This document shows positions 56,429 through 64,000 of a stretch of DNA of 64,000 nucleotides, one piece after another. Within the stretch, counting starts at the first letter, position 1. The number at the start of each line of letters is the position of its first letter. A model generated the notes under the pieces. That model ran no database searches. It saw nothing but the letters and a program-made list of their open reading frames with translations, and was not told the DNA's origin. The stretch covers positions 32,001-96,000 of IMG/VR virus record IMGVR_UViG_3300046804_004848; one strand, 5' to 3'. Source of the stretch: a virus. The position numbers and the translations under genes were made by a program.

Positions 56429-56724
56429 CCTTTACATTCATAAAAACCACGTGTAAGTGGCGAATAGGTTAATTCTTCTATCCAAAATCCTATGATAGCT
56501 CCAAGTAGTAAACACAATAGCGCACCTAGTATAACCCAAATAAAATTACTCATAGATATATTTAGAAATATTCAAGTAAGAATGCAGAAAAGTTACAAGC
56601 AGATACAATAATTCCAAACCATCCTAGCTTGTTATCCATATCATTAAAGTCTTTTGCTGCGATCATTAAAGTCAATACGCTGATAAACAAATAAATCATG
56701 TTTGTTCTCCTTGCATAATACTAT

Positions 56725-56753
56725 AGTGTAACTCAACCCTATTGAGTTGTCAA
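56725..56753 (-). promoter_or_regulatory. Sigma70 promoter with palindromic spacer
   Basis: TTGACA-ACTCAAtagggTTGAGT-TACACT. Confidence 0.65.
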
Positions 56754-56827
56754 GTTTTTATTCTTCGGCATATGGGTACATAAATATTGCCATATACATC
56801 TCACTTATATCTACACTAAGGGCACAT

Positions 56828-58501
56828 ATGGAAGAAAAGTTTAAGCAGTTAGAAGTACTAGTTAGTCATTTTGTAAGACCTCTACCCAAAGAAGCAGTAT
56901 ACGAAAATAGATTAGAAGAAGAACTTAGTTTAATCCTTGATCTTAATTTTGCAAAACATTTTTTACGTGTGGTAGAAATACTACGTATTACACATGATAT
57001 ACCACATATGACACGTGGTAGCGCAGGTAGTAGTTTAGTATGTTGGTTACTTGGTATTAGTGATGTTGACCCTATCAAAGAAAACATTCCACTATCACGT
57101 TTTATCAATCCTAAGCGTGATGACTTACCTGATATTGATTTAGATTTTCCACATTGGCAACAAGTTACGGTAATGAATCGTATATTTAACAAGTGGAAAG
57201 GACAATCAGCTAGAGTAAGTAATTACGTTACCTACAAAGAAAAAAGTGCGCTACGTGAAGCAGCTAAGCGATTTGGTGCAAAAGGTAGACTACCACGTGA
57301 TTTAAATTTAGAAAAACTTATACCTGATTATGCTGAAGATGCTAAAAAATTAGCAAATAAGTTACTTGGTAAGAAACGATGTATTAGTAAACATTGTGGT
57401 GGTATATTGATCTTTGATCGTGCTGTACCAAAAAGTTTAATCAATGCTGAAAATCAAATATTACTAGACAAGTATGAGATAGAAGATTTAGAACATTTTA
57501 AAATTGATATACTCGCTAATCGTGGGTTATCCCAATTATATGAAATTGACCCTACTAAAAACTTACTAGACTATCCTGAGTATGATGAAAAAACATCTGA
57601 GCTATTGAGCAGTGGTAATGTGCTAGGTGTAACTCAAGCAGAAAGTCCTGCTATGCGTAGACTGTTACGTGCGGTAAAACCAAAAAAACGTGAAGATTGT
57701 GTATTGGCTACAGCATTAATTAGACCTGTTGCCACACAAGGTAGACGTAAAGCAAGTTTTTTTCAAGATTGGAGCAAAGATAATTTTAATAACACTATTG
57801 TTTTTGAAGATGATGCTATCGTACTAATCAGTCAATTGTTAGGATGTGATCAATATACTGCTGATATGTGGCGTAGAGCATTTGCTAAAAAAGATGAAGA
57901 AAAGATCTTTGAGTTTATGAACATGATTGGCGATCATGAACATAAAGATGAAATATTTCAAGCATTGCGTGAGTTAAGTAATTTTGGGTTATGTCGTGCT
58001 CATGCCATTAATTTAGGTAGATTGATATGGGCAATTGCTTATCAAAAAGCACATAATCCACAAAAGTTTTGGCAAGCTACGTTAAAACATTGTCAGGGAA
58101 GTTATAGCCGTTGGGTATATCATCATGAGGCTAAATTAGCGGATGCTGTAATTAGTGTGTATGAAGGTAATGAATTATCAGAATTATCAAAAGAAGGTAG
58201 ATGGCATAGTAAAAAATTTATACCGTATTGTAATGAAATCCGCAAACCAGGCGAGGTTGAATTCTGTGGCTTGGTTGCCAACTATCGTGTATTCAAGAGT
58301 AAACCTAAAGAATACATTACCTTCGTTACATTGGGAACAGGCAATGGAAAATACTTAGATGTTATTGTTGACCGAGCCATTAGTCTGCACGACCAACCCA
58401 TACTATGGGGAATAGGACAATTAGGTTATAAAAACAATACAGAGTATGTTACTGTTAAAAAACACAAACGTTTAAAGATAAAGGATTTGATGAATGGTTA
58501 A
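56828..58501 (+). CDS. dnaE: Minimal family-C DNA polymerase (DnaE-like, no PHP domain)
   Basis: RLEEEL..I, RGSAGSSLV, RFINP.R..LPDIDLDF, SKHCGG, KIDIL and LIRP motifs; C-terminal OB-like segment; start Met at 56828. Confidence 0.85.
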   Translation: MEEKFKQLEVLVSHFVRPLPKEAVYENRLEEELSLILDLNFAKHFLRVVEILRITHDIPHMTRGSAGSSLVCWLLGISDVDPIKENIPLSRFINPKRDDLPDIDLDFPHWQQVTVMNRIFNKWKGQSARVSNYVTYKEKSALREAAKRFGAKGRLPRDLNLEKLIPDYAEDAKKLANKLLGKKRCISKHCGGILIFDRAVPKSLINAENQILLDKYEIEDLEHFKIDILANRGLSQLYEIDPTKNLLDYPEYDEKTSELLSSGNVLGVTQAESPAMRRLLRAVKPKKREDCVLATALIRPVATQGRRKASFFQDWSKDNFNNTIVFEDDAIVLISQLLGCDQYTADMWRRAFAKKDEEKIFEFMNMIGDHEHKDEIFQALRELSNFGLCRAHAINLGRLIWAIAYQKAHNPQKFWQATLKHCQGSYSRWVYHHEAKLADAVISVYEGNELSELSKEGRWHSKKFIPYCNEIRKPGEVEFCGLVANYRVFKSKPKEYITFVTLGTGNGKYLDVIVDRAISLHDQPILWGIGQLGYKNNTEYVTVKKHKRLKIKDLMNG

Positions 58502-58814
58502 TACAAAAGGCAGACTACATATGCACAATCATAATGAACCAAACGGACGTGCATTTATTGTAGGTGAAAAAGCAGCATTACGTACACTAGGTGAAGCACT
58601 TATCAAAGCATCACATAGTATGATTGGTTTGGAAAATGTAGAACTTTATACAAGTGATGGGCACAAATATAAAATACTAATAACCTGTGATGTTACTGAA
58701 AACGAATGGCAAACACTACCTGTACCTTATGATAAAACTCATAATCCACAAACATTAGATATTGTAAAAACTTATGATGAAATAATGGAAACAAGGTCAA
58801 ATACCATATCTTGA
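58494..58814 (+). CDS. Hypothetical protein coupled to mini-dnaE
   Basis: A.IVG...L..L motif, SDG..Y and LP.PY; overlaps the dnaE stop. Confidence 0.6.
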   Translation: MVNTKGRLHMHNHNEPNGRAFIVGEKAALRTLGEALIKASHSMIGLENVELYTSDGHKYKILITCDVTENEWQTLPVPYDKTHNPQTLDIVKTYDEIMETRSNTIS

Positions 58815-59009
58815 CTTTAATTCTTTCTTTACCGCATCAATCGCCTTATCCCATCCTTCATCATCACCCATCCATTTAACCTTGCCTAATTCATCGGTTA
58901 AATCCTTTACGATAGATTTAGTAAGGGCAATAGCATAAGCATCACCCATATAGGCTAAATCAACGTCACGACTAGCTTTGGTCGCAATAGTGCGTAAGTG
59001 ATTGTTCAT
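58797..59009 (-). CDS. Hypothetical protein (distant MNER-like)
   Basis: MNNHLRTIA..SIVKD..LKSRYGI. Confidence 0.55.
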   Translation of the reverse strand: MNNHLRTIATKASRDVDLAYMGDAYAIALTKSIVKDLTDELGKVKWMGDDEGWDKAIDAVKKELKSRYGI

Positions 59010-59148
59010 TCTTTAAACCACGGTTTAAGACATTCTTGCAAAAATTGTTTGGGATGAAATAATATCCATAATGGTAGATAAAGCAGTCCAAATAACAGTG
59101 CAAGAAACAAACCTAATGGTGTAAACTTGTTGTCTTTAATTAATAGTC

Positions 59149-59865
59149 TCATGTTTGAAAACTTTCTTGAATTAGAACATTCATTGTATTTTTACCCTTA
59201 CCACCTAAAATCGTTAACCATGTACCTGATCCTGTACCCATCTCAAAGTGATCTTTAACTTTAGTCTCAAGTTTAACAAAACCACCTTTCTCAGTTAGAA
59301 ACTTTGTACCCTTGTACATGTATAGGTTGTCATTAGCATCTTTAATAATAAACTTGTCAACAGTACCATAAACAGTTGGCAACACTTCATGCTTGACTAC
59401 GGTACCCTCTACAATAATTGTATCTCCAACTTCACCCATTTTTACAGATTTTTTAACTTCTTTGGGTTCTTCTTCAGGTAATCCCACAACATCTGCAGGA
59501 CGCTCCCACAATAGTTTAGTTTTCTTGGGGTCAGGTTCCCATCCATCACGCAAGTTACCTTTACCACCTAATTTATAAAAAGCACGTACACCAACACGAT
59601 CAAGGATTGCGACATGGACAACAGGTACTTGACTACGTACACCATATCCTGCCCATACAGCAACAGAATCAATTGACAAGATACGCTCACCTGCTTTAAC
59701 TTCTATCCCATAAGGAGTAGTACGATCTTCTTTTTCAATCAGATCTTTAGGTTTGTCCATCCAAAACCAACGTTGTTTTAGTGACGTGTATACACCTTGT
59801 GAATACTTAATACGGGAACGCACAAAAATCATGTTTTCTTCAGCTTCACGATTCGCATACATCAT
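59149..59865 (-). CDS. Hypothetical protein with C-terminal OB-fold-like domain
   Basis: GEVGD.I.VEG.V..YG...IKD..N.Y...VKDH pattern. Confidence 0.55.
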   Translation of the reverse strand: MMYANREAEENMIFVRSRIKYSQGVYTSLKQRWFWMDKPKDLIEKEDRTTPYGIEVKAGERILSIDSVAVWAGYGVRSQVPVVHVAILDRVGVRAFYKLGGKGNLRDGWEPDPKKTKLLWERPADVVGLPEEEPKEVKKSVKMGEVGDTIIVEGTVVKHEVLPTVYGTVDKFIIKDANDNLYMYKGTKFLTEKGGFVKLETKVKDHFEMGTGSGTWLTILGGKGKNTMNVLIQESFQT

Positions 59866-59900
59866 TTTTTGTTTCCTCTTGAAGTATTTACTATACTGTG

Positions 59901-59929
59901 ATTATAGATAAAAACTCTACCACTGTCAA
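59901..59929 (-). promoter_or_regulatory. Sigma70 early promoter
   Basis: TTGACA-17-TATAAT (perfect consensus). Confidence 0.8.
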
Positions 59930-60219
59930 GCAGTGGCAAAGTCGCTACGTGAAAACTGTTTTAAGAATGGTAATTCCCACTCTTTACAGAATGTCATATC
60001 GTCATCATCAAGAATGTTAAAGTTTACAACACACTCCTCGGCAAACTCATTACTAAAGTTAAATTTATTGCTGAGGATATTAGGGTTATCTTTGAAAAAG
60101 AAAACATCCTTAACAGAAAGGTTGTTTATGAGGTAGGTTTCACCACCCTTAGACTTCCAACGTGGAGCATCAGCAGTACCGTAGTTTTCGGAGTATTGAG
60201 TGTAAACTGCAATTTTCAT
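59926..60219 (-). CDS. Conserved early phage protein
   Basis: TQY.ENYG...WK.KGG.TY motif. Confidence 0.65.
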   Translation of the reverse strand: MKIAVYTQYSENYGTADAPRWKSKGGETYLINNLSVKDVFFFKDNPNILSNKFNFSNEFAEECVVNFNILDDDDMTFCKEWELPFLKQFSRSDFATA

Positions 60220-60254
60220 CGTATTCCCCTTTGGTGTTGACTGACTATATGGGA

Positions 60255-60283
60255 AGTATAAGTGAATTAGGATAACTTGTCAA
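60255..60283 (-). promoter_or_regulatory. Sigma70 early promoter with TATCCTAAT spacer motif
   Basis: TTGACA-agttatcctaattcact-TATACT. Confidence 0.8.
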
Positions 60284-60296
60284 GCGTTTTTTTAAA

Positions 60297-60758
60297 TTAA
60301 ATTGTAATATCTTCCATTCCTGCAACACGCAATCGCACGATATGACCTAGCATAAAGTTTTTAGACTCAAGTGCTTTCATAATACCTAACCATTGATTAC
60401 GCATGAGCGCAACTTCATTGACTAGCGTTTCCATGTCAATAACATCTTGTTCAGCATCAGCATAGCGTTCAGCATCACGTGATGTTAATTGACGTGGATA
60501 ATTTTCAAGATACTTTTTAAAAGCAAGACTACGTGTTTTACGAAGTTGTCCATTCATATAATCTAAAACAGCTTCAATCTCTTGTAGTTGATTGAAACGA
60601 TGCTCGGTGATACCTGGGAGCATGGCTAACAATCGTTCAACACGTTCGCCTTTAATAATTTTTACTTCATATTTTGCTTGATTTAACTCATCTTGATAAT
60701 GGTCAATGAATTCAGGTAATGATGATAAGTTTTGAGTTACTGTATTGAACCAACCCAT
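60297..60758 (-). CDS. UvsY-like recombination mediator
   Basis: Helical; KYLE.Y...L..RDAE.Y.D, K.LE.K.F.L motifs; near uvsX. Confidence 0.6.
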   Translation of the reverse strand: MGWFNTVTQNLSSLPEFIDHYQDELNQAKYEVKIIKGERVERLLAMLPGITEHRFNQLQEIEAVLDYMNGQLRKTRSLAFKKYLENYPRQLTSRDAERYADAEQDVIDMETLVNEVALMRNQWLGIMKALESKNFMLGHIVRLRVAGMEDITI

Positions 60759-60761
60759 GAC

Positions 60762-61019
60762 TTACTCATTATCGTTCCAATCATCATAATCTTCGTCATC
60801 TGCGAAGTCCTCATCATCGTCATAATCTGCTTCATCATCTTGATATGCTTTTAAGGCATTAAGCATGTCTTTTTCACCTGCAAACGCTTCACGTACATCG
60901 TCAAAATGAACATCATGGTCAATCAATACATTAAGTACATCTTCAGAAGCATCACGCATATCGGTTGTGCTGATGTATCGTTTAAGTACTTCATAAACTG
61001 CTGCAACTGTGTCAAGCAT
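60762..61019 (-). CDS. Small protein with acidic tail
   Basis: DDEADYDDDEDFADDEDYDD tail; lies between uvsX and the uvsY-like gene. Confidence 0.65.
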   Translation of the reverse strand: MLDTVAAVYEVLKRYISTTDMRDASEDVLNVLIDHDVHFDDVREAFAGEKDMLNALKAYQDDEADYDDDEDFADDEDYDDWNDNE

Positions 61020-62076
61020 TTTGTTCTGCCTCCGCTAGTTCAGTATTTACTAGTTTTTCACGTTGAGAAAATTCCTTCATTACCAAATCCATAATACCGT
61101 TTTCATTTTTTGTCCACTCTTTACGGAAGTAACGATGTACTTCACCATTTAAATCAGTATACATATAGCGGTTTCCTTCTCTAGTAACAAATCCTTTTTT
61201 ATCAATTAAGTCAAAAAAACCACTATAAGGATTCATACCTGTTTCGTATGGAATTTGTACTTCAACATCTTCAAATGGTTTGGCAAAACGTGTTTTCATT
61301 ACTTTACAACCTGCACGTATACCTAGCACATCGGATGTTTTGTTACCTTCTTCATCTTCTTTTAGTTTAAGTTTTTTCATTGCTACTAAAATACTACTAG
61401 CAAATACAAAACCTTGTCCACCACTTACGTTAGGATCAGGATTGTATGGGTCTTGTGAAGCATAGGTATGATTAGTTGCAACCAATCCTACATTGAATGA
61501 ACCAAACATGTTTACACAGTTAGTAACCAATGCTTTTAATGCTTTAGCTTTGCGTCCCATATCACCTTTAAGGTCACCACTATCAAATTGGTTTACTTCA
61601 GTAGGACTCATAAGCATACCTAAACTATCAATAACAAATAATACTTTAGGTCTTTCAGCAACAGGTGTTTCCTTATAGTCTTTCATAAAAGTTGAAATCG
61701 TTTTAGCAACATCATCAATCATTGCCATATTCATTTTCAACAATTTATCGTCGCTTGTATCTACACCTAGTGCATGTAACCAACTTTCATCAAGTGCATT
61801 TTCGCTGTCAATTAAAACAACAAAAATACCTTGTTCTTGTGCATTTTTTACGATATTACCACTGCAAATATATGATTTGCCACTACCACTTTCACCTGCA
61901 AATACAGTAACTTTTCCAAGTGGTACACCTTTATTAAAATCACCACTGATAAGATAGTTAAGGGCATAGTTGCCTGTTGAAATCCAATCAGTGGGATCAT
62001 GAAATCCTATACTAATTCCTTCAATACTTTTTGTTACGTCTTTACGAAATTTACTTATATCAAACGGTTTTCCCAT
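61012..62076 (-). CDS. uvsX: RecA-like recombinase UvsX
   Basis: ISTG, GESGSGKS, IDSENA, VIDSLG, TNHTY, SGG and KTRF..PF motifs. Confidence 0.92.
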   Translation of the reverse strand: MGKPFDISKFRKDVTKSIEGISIGFHDPTDWISTGNYALNYLISGDFNKGVPLGKVTVFAGESGSGKSYICSGNIVKNAQEQGIFVVLIDSENALDESWLHALGVDTSDDKLLKMNMAMIDDVAKTISTFMKDYKETPVAERPKVLFVIDSLGMLMSPTEVNQFDSGDLKGDMGRKAKALKALVTNCVNMFGSFNVGLVATNHTYASQDPYNPDPNVSGGQGFVFASSILVAMKKLKLKEDEEGNKTSDVLGIRAGCKVMKTRFAKPFEDVEVQIPYETGMNPYSGFFDLIDKKGFVTREGNRYMYTDLNGEVHRYFRKEWTKNENGIMDLVMKEFSQREKLVNTELAEAEQNA

Positions 62077-62081
62077 AGTCT

Positions 62082-62315
62082 TTACTTTGCAATAGAGTTA
62101 TTTGTATATACTTTAAATAATTGTTTATCAAGTATACTTGGAGCACTGTCAGCAAGACAATCAATTTCATAATCATTGGGGAAATGTTTTAGTGTTGATC
62201 TAGCACGATCACGTACTGAGCTTGGTACACGTGGGGTACGGCCTGGGTCGCATAGCTCTTCCAACAATTTTTTACCTTGCTTGAGTGCCCTGTATCTTTC
62301 ATCAGGTAGTGTCAT
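62082..62315 (-). CDS. Conserved small protein (BPSL0761-like)
   Basis: MTLPDERYRA..L.P..TPRVP..VR.RA...LKHFP. Confidence 0.6.
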   Translation of the reverse strand: MTLPDERYRALKQGKKLLEELCDPGRTPRVPSSVRDRARSTLKHFPNDYEIDCLADSAPSILDKQLFKVYTNNSIAK

Positions 62316-62332
62316 TTTGTTCTCCTAAAATG

Positions 62333-62354
62333 GAGTGGTGGAAACCCACCACTC
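62333..62354 (-). terminator. Terminator after the SSB gene
   Basis: GAGTGGTGG-AAAC-CCACCACTC, then CATTTT on the minus strand. Confidence 0.7.
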
Positions 62355-62367
62355 AGCACACTGCTAT

Positions 62368-63351
62368 TTACGCTTGCGCAGTCTTCTTACTACGAATCAT
62401 AGCAAGAATGTTGGCAGTTGTATCAGAGGTTTGAGGTGTTGTAACCTTTACTTCAGAAGTTACAACAGGCTCCTCATCCTCATCTACTACAGGAGTTGAA
62501 ACTTGTTGACGTGGTGTAGCAACATATGAATCGTCATCATGGTAAGCAGTATCTTTAGATGCTTGTACACCACGTGGACGGAAATATGCTCCCCACTTGT
62601 CAGTATCGTATTCCTCACCATTAACACTAGCGTCAAACATTTCTTTCATAACACGTAGTTCGCTTTCGCTAGGTTTCTTTGGTAAGAAATCTTTTAAATT
62701 AAATAAACCATGCTTGTCTACAGCAGCATGCTCAGCCTCAGTGAGTGCACTTTCTTTACGTGCCCATCCACTTGTGCTGTAATCAGCATAACCACCTTTG
62801 CTAGTCTTAACGATTTTGAAATCAAGACCCTTCAAATAATGTGTGGGATTTTCCTCAATCTCAGGATCCATCAAACTACTCTTAATCACACCAAAAATTT
62901 GTGGTGAAATAATAAAACGACGAATTGGGTTTTCAGGTAAACTATCTTCCTTAAACGCAGAACCACGCACAAAACCTTGGAAAATATAAGTACGCTTTTT
63001 CCAATACTTGTTTGCAATTTCTTTCAATGATGCGTCTTTATACCATGTACGTACTTCAGCAAGAATAGGGCAATTGTCTCCATACATTTCAACGCATGGT
63101 ACTTTGACAAATACTTTCCTTGATTCTTGACCCTTGATACCACTAAATTCTAACGTAATTAAATTACGCTCAACCCAAAAATAATCATTCAATCCATCAG
63201 CATCAGGTAAGAAACGAACCGTAGTGGTTGTGTTTTCTTCCATATTCCAAAATGGATAGATGGCATTATCGCCTGTATATTGTGTGTTATTTTGGGGATT
63301 TGATTTGGCTTCTTGTGCAGCCAATTTTGCACGAATTGCAGCTAATGACAT
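62368..63351 (-). CDS. T4 gp32-like single-stranded DNA-binding protein
   Basis: VRFLP, PC.EMYG..CP, YWKKR.Y, G.DF.I.K..GGYADY..S.W motifs; upstream of uvsX. Confidence 0.85.
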   Translation of the reverse strand: MSLAAIRAKLAAQEAKSNPQNNTQYTGDNAIYPFWNMEENTTTTVRFLPDADGLNDYFWVERNLITLEFSGIKGQESRKVFVKVPCVEMYGDNCPILAEVRTWYKDASLKEIANKYWKKRTYIFQGFVRGSAFKEDSLPENPIRRFIISPQIFGVIKSSLMDPEIEENPTHYLKGLDFKIVKTSKGGYADYSTSGWARKESALTEAEHAAVDKHGLFNLKDFLPKKPSESELRVMKEMFDASVNGEEYDTDKWGAYFRPRGVQASKDTAYHDDDSYVATPRQQVSTPVVDEDEEPVVTSEVKVTTPQTSDTTANILAMIRSKKTAQA

Positions 63352-63499
63352 TTTATATTCTCCTTAAAAAGTTAAAAGTGTAGCTAAAATTGAGACCTAA
63401 GTGTAGTTGCGAGAACAACGAACACAGATTGAATAATACTTGATTTCTTTCTGTGTTAAAAGTATTTAGGATAAACAGGTACGCAAAAAATATATATTC

Positions 63500-64000
63500 T
63501 TAACGTACTGAATTATGACCCATAAATTTGCGTAATTCACGTGCTTGTTTGATTGCTCGCTTGGCATCTTTACGCTTTTGGGCAGGTGTGCGTGTATCTT
63601 GCAAATCTTCAGGTGTTCCACCAATTGGGCTTAAACTATTTCCACCAAAATAATTTGGGTTATCAGCCTCATGTAATTCATGCCCCATACGTTTTTTCAC
63701 TATGTCCATAATATATTGTACATCATCATCACTTAATTGTGGACTCATACACTTGCGCCAATATCCAAATTTTTGTTCTTCAGATAAATTAGGATCAATT
63801 AATACCTTGCGCATATCTGTGCCACGTGGTCCATTTATATTCTTATATGGGTCATTCGTTTGTTGCCTACTTAGCACATCTAATGTTTCAAAATTATAAC
63901 TGCGCCCATTATACTCTTTTACATGACTCATGCTATCAGCACGATCATTACCAAATATAGCCGTAACATGCTTATATCCTAATTCATTTAACTTCTTCAA
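63500..64000 (-). CDS. Partial cytidylyltransferase-like protein (5' end outside window)
   Basis: GY..V..IFG.DR, YNG..YNF and GT.MR motifs. Confidence 0.55.
   Translation of the reverse strand: MKKLNELGYKHVTAIFGNDRADSMSHVKEYNGRSYNFETLDVLSRQQTNDPYKNINGPRGTDMRKVLIDPNLSEEQKFGYWRKCMSPQLSDDDVQYIMDIVKKRMGHELHEADNPNYFGGNSLSPIGGTPEDLQDTRTPAQKRKDAKRAIKQARELRKFMGHNSVR

Noticed and set aside
1-64000. Stop-codon reassignment
   Set aside because: Conserved genes are full length in the standard code, and TAA, TAG and TGA all end genes.

Overview
AT-rich (roughly one-third GC), gene-dense segment of a large T4-like/jumbo tailed phage, read in the standard code. Diagnostic genes are a gp32-like SSB, UvsX, UvsY, DNA ligase, dCMP deaminase, bS21, ClpP/ClpX/ClpS, Hsp20, IscU and GuaC, plus T4-type (TA)TAAATA late promoters. 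PstS/PhoX/IscU look proteobacterial, so a freshwater proteobacterial host is plausible (inference). Layout: (1) 0.9-6.2 kb, an operon of secreted and membrane proteins including an Asn/Thr beta-solenoid repeat protein; (2) 7-13.7 kb, modular fibre/LamG virion-surface genes, with a candidate ~100-nt ncRNA at 10552-10651; (3) 13.8-19.1 kb, a Pho-box-preceded module phoX-pstS-plcP-like-agt-like, which would give phosphate scavenging plus host membrane lipid remodelling; (4) 21-25.8 kb, a tandem array of about 16-18 divergent small paralogues ending in F-x-L-(R/K)-(W/Y), where the L-R-W codons double as the next gene's Shine-Dalgarno and as repeated microhomologies; (5) 28-60 kb, small early-type genes behind 16 sigma70 promoters with a shared spacer motif, plus a proteostasis/translation cluster, two free-standing endonucleases and a PHP-less mini-DnaE; (6) 60-64 kb, recombination and replication genes. 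No tRNA, rRNA or CRISPR array was recognised. All family calls come from motif recognition by eye; no searches were run.
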